Assembly (NCBI GenBank): GCA_038280095.1
Contig: JAYPYG010000005.1
Coordinates: 10,346 to 62,837, forward strand
Direction: 5' to 3'
DNA from: Fidelibacterota bacterium
GTDB lineage: Bacteria; Fidelibacterota; Marinisomatia; Marinisomatales; Marinisomataceae
Length of the DNA stretch: 52,492 nucleotides
The notes below the pieces were generated by a model. It did no database searches and was not told the origin of the DNA. It worked only from the letters and a program-made list of their open reading frames with translations. Shown here piece after piece: positions 31,703-41,989 of the stretch. A program made the position numbers and the translations under genes. The stretch's first letter is position 1. The number at the start of each line of letters is the position of its first letter.

Positions 31703-32254
31703 TTATCTCCAATCAATTGTTGTCCACGAATCATCTATATTTAAAAATTTTAAAGGATTCTGGTATTTATTAATATCAACTATTTTACATTGAAATATAG
31801 AATTTTCTGCTTGAAATAGACTGATTTCTTTAACCATGCTTTGTGAATTATTAAAACTAATTAATAAAATATTATTGTTAAAATTATAATAATAAATTGA
31901 GTTTTCATTTTCAATTTCAATTTTTATAAGAGAAGCATTTTCAAGATTTTTATATGAAAAAAAATCTAGTATATTTTTTTCTGAATTTTCAATAATTATA
32001 TTTTTTTTGGATAAATCGTAAGAGGTAATCACATTGTTTTCAAACAATGATACAGTACTATCTACTTCAATAGTTTCAAAATAAATCTTTGGATCATTTA
32101 ATGATATATTTGCATTAAAAACTGATTGATTTTCGAAAATTTCAAGGAGAATAGTTTTATTATCTAAACTATTGAAATAATCTTTAATATGAGTATCCCG
32201 ACTTTGACTAAATAGCGAAGTAGTTAGTAAAAAAAATATTAAGCTAATCTTCAT
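31703..32254 (-). CDS. Exported protein, probable divergent LolA-family lipoprotein chaperone
   Basis: Signal peptide, about 180 aa, beta-rich, ends TIDWR (like the LolA I-D-x-R terminus); conserved position after ftsK. Confidence 0.55.
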   Translation of the reverse strand: MKISLIFFLLTTSLFSQSRDTHIKDYFNSLDNKTILLEIFENQSVFNANISLNDPKIYFETIEVDSTVSLFENNVITSYDLSKKNIIIENSEKNILDFFSYKNLENASLIKIEIENENSIYYYNFNNNILLISFNNSQSMVKEISLFQAENSIFQCKIVDINKYQNPLKFLNIDDSWTTIDWR

Positions 32255-34562
32255 TAATTGTTTCTAAATAAGATTCGTCAACTAATACTTCTCTTGCCTT
32301 ACTTCCAGTAAACGGACCAACAATTTTTAGTCTTTCCATCTCATCTATTAGTCTTGCTGCTCTCGAATAACCAACCGATAATCTTCTTTGTAATAATGAA
32401 ATAGAACCTTGCTTACTCATAACAATAATTTCAATTGCTTTATGTAGTAAATCGTCATCAATTCCGTCTCCATCAACCATTGAACTTGATTCTTCTTTAT
32501 AAGTTTCAATAATTACTTCACTTGGTTTTGGTTGAGATGAAATATGAGCAACTAAATCTTCAATTTCTTTTAAAGTTATAAAAGCACCATGCATTCTAAC
32601 TGGCGCAGGTGATCCCGGCTTTTGATACAACATATCACCTTTCCCAATAAGCTTGTCTGCTCCATTTTCATCTAAGATAGTTCTTGAGTCAATTTTAGTT
32701 GCAACTTGAAAGGCAATTCTAGCTGGGAAATTAGCCTTTATAACTCCTGTAATTACATCTACAGATGGTCTTTGTGTAGCAACAATCAAGTGAATACCAA
32801 CAGCCCTAGCTAGCTGGGCTAATCTTGCAATAGGCGCTTCAACATCTCTTGGACTATACATCATCAAATCAGCAAGTTCGTCAATCATCAAAACAATATA
32901 AGGCATTAAATCTTTTTTAGATTTTTTCATCATATCATTGTATTCAGAAATATTTCTTTTACCAGCCTCAGCTAATAAATCATATCTTGAATCCATTTCT
33001 TTTTCGAGAGATCTTAATGCTAGAATTGCATTGTCTTTCTTAGTAATGATTGATTCATCAATACCGTTAAATTTTAATAAGTAGTGATTTTCAAGTCCTC
33101 TATAAAGCGACATTTCAACCTTTTTAGGATCAATGATTACAAATTTTACTTCTTCAGGTTTTAATTGATAAAGAAGGCTTACGATTATAGTATTTAATGA
33201 AACCGACTTTCCTGAACCTGTTGTTCCTGCAATAAGTAAATGAGGCATTTCAACAAGGTCAAGAATAGATATATCTCCAAGAGTCCCTTTTCCAATGGCT
33301 AGCTTTAACTTGGCTTTAGATTTAAGATATTTTTCAGAATTAATTACATTTTTTAAATAAATAGTTTGAGGGTTGACATTTGGAATTTCAACTCCAACAT
33401 GATTTGAACCAGGTATTGGAGCAAGGACTCTTACGCTCTGTGCTTCCATCACCCTAGCAATATCATCTGAAAGCTGAACAAATTTATTAACCCTTACACC
33501 TTCAGCAGGTAAAATCTCAAAAAGTGTAATTATTGGGCCAGTCTTGATTGCTCCCGATGAACCTTCTACGCCAAAATTTGAAAGAGAATTTTTAAGTAGC
33601 TCTGATCTATCTCTGATATCATCTTCATTTATTTCGCTTGATTCATCTGATGATTCTAAAATATCTGTAGAGGGAAACTTCCACTCAACTTTTAAAATTG
33701 ATTTATTTCTTTGATCATCAATTTCTGCTTCTTTTTCAATGATTGCTTTTTCAATTGAAATGGGATCTAATTCTTCATTTTGATCTATTTCTTGATCTAA
33801 TTCAACTTCAGGTTTATCAACAGCTGTATCAATTTTATTATCTTGAACAGGTTCAGTTGAAGCTTCCTTTTCAACCACCTGATTTAAAGATTCTATGCTT
33901 TCTTCAGCATTAATGTTTTCAAGAAATGAATCATCTTCAATAATTTTGACTCTTTCTTTTTTATCGTTCTCTTTTTTAAAGTCAGGTATAATTTTCTTGA
34001 AATCAAATTCTACTTTAGAAATTTTATTAATTACAATACTTGGTATATCTTTCAAAGATTTATATAAATCAATTTTGAAAAATGATACTAAAAATAAAGC
34101 TATCGATGAAAAGAGAATTAAAACTGAACCATAAAATCCAGTCCAATCATAAATAAGACTAAATATTAAGCCTCCTAAAAGCCCTGAATCTTCAAAATTT
34201 TGAACCTCTTTAAATTCTGATAAATAGCTTACGTTGCTAACAAAACCTAATAGTACAGATAGAAGAATCAGTAATAGAATCTCAAATCGCAATAATCTTG
34301 CAACATTAAATGAAAAATTTGAAATCAAATAAAATGAAATCGTTGCTAATATAATTGGGATTAATAGAGCCGCATAACCAAACCCCAATTTCATCAAATA
34401 AAATCCAATATATACTCCCAGTATATTGAATGGGTTATTAATTTTTTGTGCTACAAGCGTTGGCTCTTCAGTCAAATCATAACCAATCATTGAACCAGTA
34501 ATCAATAAAGAAATGATCAATAATAACCAACCAATAATTTGAATCTTTAACTTGTCTTTCAT
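32244..34562 (-). CDS. ftsK: DNA translocase FtsK
   Basis: N-terminal TMs, acidic linker, PHLLIAGTTGSGKS, IDELADLM, ATQRPSVDVITG, gamma domain LQRRLSVGYSRAARLID. Confidence 0.97.
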   Translation of the reverse strand: MKDKLKIQIIGWLLLIISLLITGSMIGYDLTEEPTLVAQKINNPFNILGVYIGFYLMKLGFGYAALLIPIILATISFYLISNFSFNVARLLRFEILLLILLSVLLGFVSNVSYLSEFKEVQNFEDSGLLGGLIFSLIYDWTGFYGSVLILFSSIALFLVSFFKIDLYKSLKDIPSIVINKISKVEFDFKKIIPDFKKENDKKERVKIIEDDSFLENINAEESIESLNQVVEKEASTEPVQDNKIDTAVDKPEVELDQEIDQNEELDPISIEKAIIEKEAEIDDQRNKSILKVEWKFPSTDILESSDESSEINEDDIRDRSELLKNSLSNFGVEGSSGAIKTGPIITLFEILPAEGVRVNKFVQLSDDIARVMEAQSVRVLAPIPGSNHVGVEIPNVNPQTIYLKNVINSEKYLKSKAKLKLAIGKGTLGDISILDLVEMPHLLIAGTTGSGKSVSLNTIIVSLLYQLKPEEVKFVIIDPKKVEMSLYRGLENHYLLKFNGIDESIITKKDNAILALRSLEKEMDSRYDLLAEAGKRNISEYNDMMKKSKKDLMPYIVLMIDELADLMMYSPRDVEAPIARLAQLARAVGIHLIVATQRPSVDVITGVIKANFPARIAFQVATKIDSRTILDENGADKLIGKGDMLYQKPGSPAPVRMHGAFITLKEIEDLVAHISSQPKPSEVIIETYKEESSSMVDGDGIDDDLLHKAIEIIVMSKQGSISLLQRRLSVGYSRAARLIDEMERLKIVGPFTGSKAREVLVDESYLETINED

Positions 34563-35632
34563 TTTAAATAAGTCCCATTTTTATAGAATGGTAATTTAGT
34601 TTTTTCAAAAATAAAGAAATTATCTCTTATTCCAATCAAAAATTCTTTCTCTAACCTCATTTCATAATCAACATAGGCCAGAGCAATTCCTTTATTTAAA
34701 CAAGGAGACATACATCCGCTTGTAACTACGCCCACTTCTTTTTTGTCTTTCGAAAATACCTTATAACCTGATCTCGGTATAGCTCTTTCCTCTGATATAA
34801 GTGCGATTAATTTCTTTGATGGTAAATTATCTTGCATTGAATTTGAACCGATAAAACTTGTTTCATGCTTTGTTATCCATGATAACCCTGCTTCAATTGT
34901 TGTCGTTTGCTCATTAAGCTCATTTCCGTACAAACAATATCCCATTTCAAGCCTCAATGAATCTCTACATCCTAATCCAACAGGTAATATATCATCTGAA
35001 AGGGATAAAATTTCATTCCAAATTTTTAAAATGATTGAATTTGGAGCATAAATTTCAAAACCCAACTCACCTGAATAGCCAGTTCTTGCAACTATAACCT
35101 CGCTATTGTCTGGAAGCAGTGTTTCATAATATTTTAAATCTTCAATTTTTGGATAGAGTTTTTTTAGGTAAGTCCTTGATATAGGGCCTTGCAAAGCTAA
35201 CAAAGACATGGTGTCAGATTTATCTTCTAATGATACATCATCAATTAAATTAGAAGAAAGCCATTCAAAGTTTTTTTCAATATTTGAAGCATTTACTACC
35301 AACATGTAGCAATCGCTAAGATGATACACTAGCAAATCATCAATGACCCCACCGGAATCGTTACAGAAAGCAGAATATTGAACTTTTCCAGCCTCCAGGT
35401 TTTGAATATCATTGGTAGTTACATTTTGTAAAAAAGTTTTAGCATTATTTCCAGAAACAATAAACTCCCCCATATGACTTACATCAAATAATCCACACTT
35501 TGAGCGCACATGATGATGTTCTTTTATTATACTTGAATATTGGAGAGGCATCCAAAATCCAGAAAATGGGACTAATTTTGCTTTTAAACTTTGATGAGCA
35601 TCATACAGTTTAGTTTTTCTATAATCACTCAT
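34559..35632 (-). CDS. gcvT: Glycine cleavage aminomethyltransferase T
   Basis: LFDVSHMG, VVNASN, ALQGP, RTGYSGELGFE, RDSLRLEMG. Confidence 0.96.
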   Translation of the reverse strand: MSDYRKTKLYDAHQSLKAKLVPFSGFWMPLQYSSIIKEHHHVRSKCGLFDVSHMGEFIVSGNNAKTFLQNVTTNDIQNLEAGKVQYSAFCNDSGGVIDDLLVYHLSDCYMLVVNASNIEKNFEWLSSNLIDDVSLEDKSDTMSLLALQGPISRTYLKKLYPKIEDLKYYETLLPDNSEVIVARTGYSGELGFEIYAPNSIILKIWNEILSLSDDILPVGLGCRDSLRLEMGYCLYGNELNEQTTTIEAGLSWITKHETSFIGSNSMQDNLPSKKLIALISEERAIPRSGYKVFSKDKKEVGVVTSGCMSPCLNKGIALAYVDYEMRLEKEFLIGIRDNFFIFEKTKLPFYKNGTYLK

Positions 35633-36222
35633 CGAATGATAGCCAGAATTCTTTTAATTACATTTTCAATATCACCTTCGTATGAACCTTCATCATTTAA
35701 TTTTTTTACTGCCATGTCAATTTGTGACTTCTTAAAACCCAGTGAAGAGAGTGCAGTATAAATATCATCGTAAGAAAAGTTTAACTTATCATTATCAAGG
35801 TTTTGCGTTGAAATTGGTGTTGATGTTATCTTCTCCTTAATATCTAAAATAATTCTTTTTGCTGTTTTAGGACCTATTCCAGGAATAAGACTAAGCGATT
35901 TAACGTCTTCAGACACAATGTTATCCTTGAAGCTTGATACTGATGCATTTGAAAGAAGGTTGATGGCAGTTCTAGGCCCAATTCCGGATACATCAATTAA
36001 ATTTAAAAAAAGAGATCTTCGTTCTAAATCCATAAACCCATAAAGCTCCATTAAATTTTCTTTTACATTAAGATATGTATATATAAAAATATTTTTATTT
36101 TCTGATGGTAATTTTTCATAATCTCTTAAACAAATTGAAATACTAAAAACTATGCCATTATTTTCAATGTATAATGTAGTTGGTTCTTTTTTGAAAATTT
36201 TTCCTGAAATTGAATTAATCAT
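35629..36222 (-). CDS. ruvA: Holliday junction branch migration protein RuvA
   Basis: LYGF, VSGIGPRTA, IPGIGPKTAKRI, ALSSLGF. Confidence 0.96.
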   Translation of the reverse strand: MINSISGKIFKKEPTTLYIENNGIVFSISICLRDYEKLPSENKNIFIYTYLNVKENLMELYGFMDLERRSLFLNLIDVSGIGPRTAINLLSNASVSSFKDNIVSEDVKSLSLIPGIGPKTAKRIILDIKEKITSTPISTQNLDNDKLNFSYDDIYTALSSLGFKKSQIDMAVKKLNDEGSYEGDIENVIKRILAIIR

Positions 36223-36693
36223 CTATGTCCTATTTATTCCACACCACGCAACTGCAATTGCATCTGAGATATCATTTTTCTTTAAAACTTTATCATCTAA
36301 TTTAAATATTTTTTTTACCATAAATGCAACCTGTTCTTTTGACGCTGAACCATTACCTACAATTGATTGCTTTATTTCTCTTGGGCTAAATTCTTTTGAG
36401 ACAATATTATTATGCTCTGCTGCAAGCATCACTGATGACTTTGCCTGACCCAACTTAATTGCTGATTGAACATTTTTTCCATAAAAGACATTTTCAACAT
36501 ATAACACTTCTGGTTTAAATTTTTTTATTAGATTATTTGTTTCAAAAAATATAGTATATAATCTTTCAGAAACTTCTTTTCCCTTTTTAGGACTAATTAA
36601 TCCGCACTCAACCATTGTTATTTCGTTATTTTTCTTTCTTAAAACAGCATAACCTGTATTAGTTAACCCTGGATCAAAGCCAATAATTACCAT
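36223..36693 (-). CDS. ruvC: Holliday junction resolvase RuvC
   Basis: GFDPG, VENVF, GNGSASKEQV, DISDAIAVA. Confidence 0.96.
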   Translation of the reverse strand: MVIIGFDPGLTNTGYAVLRKKNNEITMVECGLISPKKGKEVSERLYTIFFETNNLIKKFKPEVLYVENVFYGKNVQSAIKLGQAKSSVMLAAEHNNIVSKEFSPREIKQSIVGNGSASKEQVAFMVKKIFKLDDKVLKKNDISDAIAVAWCGINRT

Positions 36694-37421
36694 TAGCTTT
36701 TTCCTAGTGATTGGTTTGAAAATACATTTTGCACATCCTCTAAATCATCTAAGAATTCTAATAATTTTTCAACTTTTTGATTTTCATCTTCACTTAAACC
36801 TATTTCATCCTTGGGAACATATGCCAAAAAAGAAGAATCTACTTTAATACTTAATTTTTCGAGAACATCAAGCTTATTATAAAGATCATTTGAATTGAAA
36901 TGCAATCTATAACAGTCTTCATCTTCAAAAAATTCAATGCAATCATTTTCAATTGAAAATTCAAAGATTTTATTTTCAGAAATTTCATTTTTATCAATAA
37001 GAATTATACCATTTCTTTCAAAATTCCAAGACACGCTACCAGCTTGACCAAGAGAACCGCCAAATTTTGAAAGTGCATGCCTAATATCGGCAACTGTTCT
37101 ATTTTTATTATCCGTTATTGCTTCTATAAGTATTGCTACTCCAAAAGGTCCATATCCTTCATATGATACCTCTTCAATAATTACATTATCTAATTCTCCG
37201 ACCCCTTTTTTAATTGCTTTATCAATATTTGAGTTTGGCATGTTTAATGACTTTGCTTTCTTTACTGCCTGTCGAAGTCTCGGGTTTGAATCAATATCTT
37301 TTCCACCCAATCTTGAAGATACCGTTATTTCTTTACTTATTGTTGAAAAAATCTTGCCTCTCTTCTGATCCAGAGCACCTTTTTTTCGTTTTATAGTTGA
37401 CCACTTACTATGACCAGCCAT
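36693..37421 (-). CDS. yebC: YebC/PmpR family protein
   Basis: MAGHSKW, NPRLR, YEGYGP.GVA, TDNKNRT, DVQNVFSN. Confidence 0.96.
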   Translation of the reverse strand: MAGHSKWSTIKRKKGALDQKRGKIFSTISKEITVSSRLGGKDIDSNPRLRQAVKKAKSLNMPNSNIDKAIKKGVGELDNVIIEEVSYEGYGPFGVAILIEAITDNKNRTVADIRHALSKFGGSLGQAGSVSWNFERNGIILIDKNEISENKIFEFSIENDCIEFFEDEDCYRLHFNSNDLYNKLDVLEKLSIKVDSSFLAYVPKDEIGLSEDENQKVEKLLEFLDDLEDVQNVFSNQSLGKS

Positions 37422-37834
37422 TAATCATCCTTTTCGATCATCGTGGGAACAACCCAGGCTGTTCTATAGCCTAATCTCACAATTTTTTTCTGAAAACTTT
37501 CAGCCTCTTTCCTATTAACAAAATTTCCAACTCTTAATTTATAATTTGGCAATTCAAAAATAATGTAAATTTGCTCATTAATTGATTTTTCAATTTCAGT
37601 CTTAATATCTTGCAGTTCCTGTTCATTTTGCGAAATAACAATTTGAACTCTATATCCCTTGATTAAATTAATCTCATCAGTTGAGGAATTGTCTTCTATT
37701 TCATCTTGACTAGAAAATGAAGGTAAATTGACAGTAGGAAATTTTGGAGGATTATCATTGAAATCACTTGGCTTTAAAAAGTCAGATTGACAAAATGCAT
37801 TACTAATAAAGAAAAGGATTAAAAAATATCTCAT
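37421..37834 (-). CDS. Exported SPOR-domain protein (start moved to MRYF)
   Basis: Signal peptide; GYRVQI...PNYKLRVGNF..RKEAE...AWVV. Confidence 0.8.
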   Translation of the reverse strand: MRYFLILFFISNAFCQSDFLKPSDFNDNPPKFPTVNLPSFSSQDEIEDNSSTDEINLIKGYRVQIVISQNEQELQDIKTEIEKSINEQIYIIFELPNYKLRVGNFVNRKEAESFQKKIVRLGYRTAWVVPTMIEKDD

Positions 37835-37835
37835 A

Positions 37836-38576
37836 TTAATACAAATTTCTAACATCTTGAGCTCGAATCCAACCTTTTCTTCCATCAAAAGTTGAAACTT
37901 CAATCCACACATCAGTTTTTTGATGGATTTTCACTTTATTACCTCTATTAAATACTGATTGTTCTATTGCTTGATTTAAAAAAGGAGCAGAATAAACTAT
38001 AACTTCTTCATCAACAATAATTGCATATAAATTATTTTGATCCCAAATATTTTTAGTAAAAGTAATTAAAACTGATATAAATACGATTATTGACATCAAA
38101 TAAAAAATTCTTTTAAGCACTTTTAAATGAAATACTTTCATTAAAAAAAATGATATTGCAGTCAAAAGAATAAAATATGAATTAATTAAAAGAAATTGGC
38201 TAAGAGAAAGTGATTGAAAAAAAATATTTATTATATCAATTAAGTTATTTTTGGGTAACTCAATATAGCCATCAATATATGCTTTATTGACATTATTATT
38301 ATTTTTCAAATCAGAATTAATTGGGTTTAATTTTAAACCCATTTCATATGACCATCTAGCTTTGCCAAAATTGGATTCATGAAAGTAAGCATTACCTAAA
38401 TTCAAATATAAGTCCTCTGAAAAGAAGCCATTTTCTAATATCTTTTCATAATTTGAAATTGCTTCTTTATAATTATTTTGACTATAAAATTCATTCCCAT
38501 TATCAAAAAGCTCATTGATGTTTTGTGAAAAAATAATTGTCAAATTAAAGAAAATAATAATGATAACTTTAAACAT
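37836..38576 (-). CDS. batE: BatE-like TPR + TM + SH3b protein
   Basis: Signal peptide, TPRs (GNEFY, LYLNLGNAYF), two TMs, C-terminal W.EV...GRKGWI; follows batD. Confidence 0.85.
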   Translation of the reverse strand: MFKVIIIIFFNLTIIFSQNINELFDNGNEFYSQNNYKEAISNYEKILENGFFSEDLYLNLGNAYFHESNFGKARWSYEMGLKLNPINSDLKNNNNVNKAYIDGYIELPKNNLIDIINIFFQSLSLSQFLLINSYFILLTAISFFLMKVFHLKVLKRIFYLMSIIVFISVLITFTKNIWDQNNLYAIIVDEEVIVYSAPFLNQAIEQSVFNRGNKVKIHQKTDVWIEVSTFDGRKGWIRAQDVRNLY

Positions 38577-40275
38577 ATTCATCAATCCTTTTTAAAATTT
38601 TCTTTAAAGATTTCTTAATATTCTCTTCATCTTTATCATCTTTAAGCTGAGAATATGATTTAGCTTGAAATTCATCCAAAAGCTTTGAAATAGCATCAAA
38701 ATCATTTGATTTTATTTTATCTTTTAAAATGCTCTTTAATGAGGTTATATCAATATTTATTGAATTTAAAATATTCTTTTGATTAAAATATTTTTTGATG
38801 ATTATTATTCCATCCTCGTGTATTGAATGTGATAAATCAAGGTTTTTTAATGAATTATTTAAAGCAGTATTCAATTTTATATATTGATTTATATATCCCT
38901 TAAGATTTCTAAAACTTGATTCAAAATATGGTATTATAAATAATATAAAGGCTATAAAAAGTATATAGAAAATCGAATTTTGAATTTTGAATTTCGATGA
39001 AGATATCCAGTTCTGTTCACCTACTCTAATATATCTAATGAAATTTGAATTAGAATTCAAAATTTCTTTATCAGATATATCAAAAATTGTGCTCTTATTA
39101 ACATTTAAATTTATATTTTTTGATAATGCTTTTGTCCATGATTTAGTATCCGAACTAAAAAAAGGTATTTCAATTGAATCAATAATATATGGACCGTCTT
39201 TTCTAGGAATTATATTATACTCCCAGGTAATCGAGCCAGAAAAATCATCAGTAATATTTTTTTCAATTTTGGTTTCACCTTCAAATATATCAAAATCGTC
39301 TGGAAATATTATTTCTGGTCTTCCTATGTTAGAAAGATTCCCCTCTCCCTTTAAAGTCACCTTAAATACTACGGGAGATCCTTCATCAATATTTGAATTT
39401 GAAAGCGATGAATTGAGAGTAAAGTCTCCAACTGCACCAGTAAAATTTTCTGGTATATTTTGTAGAGGTAATACCTCGATTGTAACTGGGTTAGAAACAA
39501 GCAGTTTAGCCTTAGTTCTTTGAGAAAATGTATCAAAAAATGGATCATCCCAAAATAGCCTATTAAATGATGAGTCTTTATTTTTAGTCTCAATCTTCAT
39601 AATCATTGACTCTAGATTGTAAGTTCCTTCTTCAATTGGAAACAAAGCTACTTCATAGATTTTTAATGATTTGTAATTATATCCATCAATTTCAATATCA
39701 GTCCAGCTTTCTGGTGTAAATTGAATACCAACTGGATCAAATAATTTTTCAACCCAAAAGTCATTATATTCAGGAAATTCTGTAGATAATACCTTTGATG
39801 CTACTCTAGTGTAAAAAGTATATGTTAATTTAATTTGCTCCCCAACATAAGCTTCATTTCTACTTACTTTAACTTCAAGAAAAAGATCTTTAGTAGCTTG
39901 ATTAGCAGTTTGTTTAGAAACTTGAATTTTGTGAGGTTCAGTTATTAACATTTTTTGACCAATATTAACTTTCAAGGATGGTATTTCAAGTATTCCATGC
40001 TCTTTTGCAATCAAGGTCCAAGAAATTGACCTAGAAGAGGATCTATCACCATTTACAAACCTATACTCACTTCCAATATTTGGACCTGAAATAATTGAAA
40101 AGGAATCTTCTATTTTTGATATATCTACCAACGGATTTTCATCAACATTCGAAATTTTAATTGTAAAAATTATTGATTCAGTAATACTTATATTTTTAGT
40201 TGAGACGGAAGAAGATATTTCTTGCGCATTTATTAAACCTATAAATGAGATAATTGTAAAAAAAATTCTTACCAT
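38569..40275 (-). CDS. batD: BatD family protein
   Basis: F.IISGP, YVGEQI, VALFP...G, PENFTGAVGDF, GEGN, C-terminal TM. Confidence 0.88.
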   Translation of the reverse strand: MVRIFFTIISFIGLINAQEISSSVSTKNISITESIIFTIKISNVDENPLVDISKIEDSFSIISGPNIGSEYRFVNGDRSSSRSISWTLIAKEHGILEIPSLKVNIGQKMLITEPHKIQVSKQTANQATKDLFLEVKVSRNEAYVGEQIKLTYTFYTRVASKVLSTEFPEYNDFWVEKLFDPVGIQFTPESWTDIEIDGYNYKSLKIYEVALFPIEEGTYNLESMIMKIETKNKDSSFNRLFWDDPFFDTFSQRTKAKLLVSNPVTIEVLPLQNIPENFTGAVGDFTLNSSLSNSNIDEGSPVVFKVTLKGEGNLSNIGRPEIIFPDDFDIFEGETKIEKNITDDFSGSITWEYNIIPRKDGPYIIDSIEIPFFSSDTKSWTKALSKNINLNVNKSTIFDISDKEILNSNSNFIRYIRVGEQNWISSSKFKIQNSIFYILFIAFILFIIPYFESSFRNLKGYINQYIKLNTALNNSLKNLDLSHSIHEDGIIIIKKYFNQKNILNSINIDITSLKSILKDKIKSNDFDAISKLLDEFQAKSYSQLKDDKDEENIKKSLKKILKRIDEYV

Positions 40276-40997
40276 TCTTTTCCGCTTTCGTTAGAGAAAT
40301 TGTTTTGTTTTCGCTTTTTATTTACTTTTTCATTCTCTTTCATAGCATTTAAAATATTTTCAACACTTTGGTCAACTTCAATTTGTTTTTCTTCGTTGTT
40401 TTCCTGCTGTTTTGATTGTGATGTATCTTTATTTTCTGGACCATCATCATTATTATTTTTTTCGGGATTTCTATCAGAATTATTTGAATTATCATCCTTG
40501 TTTTTGTTTTGTTGATTCTGATCTTCGTTTTGGTTGTTTTCATTATTTTCTGAATCTTCACTATTATCATCTTTGTCTTGATTCTGTTGTTGAGCTTGTT
40601 GATTTTTTTTAATTTCATTCTTTACAAACTCATAGTTTTTTCTTGCATCATTATCTTTAGGATTTTTAAGAAGTGCGTCTCTGTAAGATTTCAAACTTTC
40701 ATCTAACATTTTTGATCTATAAAGCAAATTTCCTCGATTATAACTTAATTCTGAAGATGGATTTAAACTATCTTGCATAGCATAATCAAAAAACTCTTCT
40801 GCTTTTTTTAAACTATCTATGGATGAATATATTGTAGCTATATTATAGACAATATCATCTTTAGATAAATTTTCTTCATTCAGTAAATATTGATAATAAT
40901 TTAGAGCTGATTCATAATCTCCATTATCAATCATTTTTTGTCCTATATCCTGTGATATAACTTTTGAAAAAAGTAATATAGTTATTAAAAATCTCAT
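40269..40997 (-). CDS. batC: BatC-like TPR protein with N/Q/D-rich linker
   Basis: YNRGN..Y, ALLKNPKD.DAR.NYE, low-complexity linker, ends K-E-W. Confidence 0.85.
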   Translation of the reverse strand: MRFLITILLFSKVISQDIGQKMIDNGDYESALNYYQYLLNEENLSKDDIVYNIATIYSSIDSLKKAEEFFDYAMQDSLNPSSELSYNRGNLLYRSKMLDESLKSYRDALLKNPKDNDARKNYEFVKNEIKKNQQAQQQNQDKDDNSEDSENNENNQNEDQNQQNKNKDDNSNNSDRNPEKNNNDDGPENKDTSQSKQQENNEEKQIEVDQSVENILNAMKENEKVNKKRKQNNFSNESGKEW

Positions 40998-41989
40998 ATT
41001 TTTCTTTTACCTGACGAAATTAAATAAGATATCATTAGAAGCAATATTGCAACCGCTAATGGATACTGAAATTTATGTTCATAGTCTGAAAATTCAAATG
41101 AACTGATTAAAGAATCTTCCCCTTTTTTTATAATATCTATAATATTTTCGCTTATTGGCTCACTCTTTGAGATACGTAATAATTTTCCATTGTCTAATAA
41201 CGATATTTCTCTTAAAAAATTTAAATTTATTTTTGAAAGAACTAATTCACCTGATTCATCTTTTAAAAAAGAGTTTTGCTTATTGCGCATCGGAATTAGT
41301 GATCCATTTGAACTCCCTACGCCAATAACGTGTAGATCTATTCTGTCATTAACTAAGTAGGATATATCATTAATGGACAAATCGCTGTGATCTTCGCCAT
41401 CTGTAAAAAGAAAAATCATTTTTTGTTGATCATCTTCATTATCAAAAGCTTCAACTGAGGTTTTTATTGCGTTCGGTATATCAGTGCCTCTAGAAGATAT
41501 CATTGAAGTATCAATACTTTTAATAAAAAGCTTTGACGCATCGTAGTCCATTGTTAGAGGAAGATAAAGGAAATTTGAGCCAGAAAAAACTACAACACCA
41601 ATTCTATCCCCTTCAAGACTATCAACGATTTTGGATAGTTCAAATTTAACCTTATCAATTCTTGAAGGTTTAATATCTTGAGCATCCATACTTAAAGAAA
41701 CGTCAACACAAAAAACTATATCAACACCTTTTCTTTCAACGGGTTTTACAGTTACTCCTGTTTTTATTCCTGAAATAGCAACTATTAAACTTAAAATTCC
41801 TATCAATCTAAGAAAGATTTTTAATGTAATCGTGCTTGAATTTCCAATAAATAAACTATTAAAGAAGTTTTTTGAAAAATTTTTGTTATCGAAAATTCTA
41901 TATTTACTTGATCTATAAAATGAAAAGATTATTGTTAAAAAAAACATAGCTAAACAAATAAGGGAAAAGTTTAAATATTCAAAGATCAT
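40994..41989 (-). CDS. batB: BatB VWA-domain membrane protein
   Basis: MIDAS DVSLSM, D.KPSR, DRIGVVVF, PLT.D, TDGEDH. Confidence 0.88.
   Translation of the reverse strand: MIFEYLNFSLICLAMFFLTIIFSFYRSSKYRIFDNKNFSKNFFNSLFIGNSSTITLKIFLRLIGILSLIVAISGIKTGVTVKPVERKGVDIVFCVDVSLSMDAQDIKPSRIDKVKFELSKIVDSLEGDRIGVVVFSGSNFLYLPLTMDYDASKLFIKSIDTSMISSRGTDIPNAIKTSVEAFDNEDDQQKMIFLFTDGEDHSDLSINDISYLVNDRIDLHVIGVGSSNGSLIPMRNKQNSFLKDESGELVLSKINLNFLREISLLDNGKLLRISKSEPISENIIDIIKKGEDSLISSFEFSDYEHKFQYPLAVAILLLMISYLISSGKRKI

Noticed and set aside
40380-40615. Repetitive low-complexity DNA with ORFs in several frames
   Set aside because: It encodes the N/Q/D-rich BatC linker; no regular repeat-spacer structure, so not CRISPR or a VNTR.
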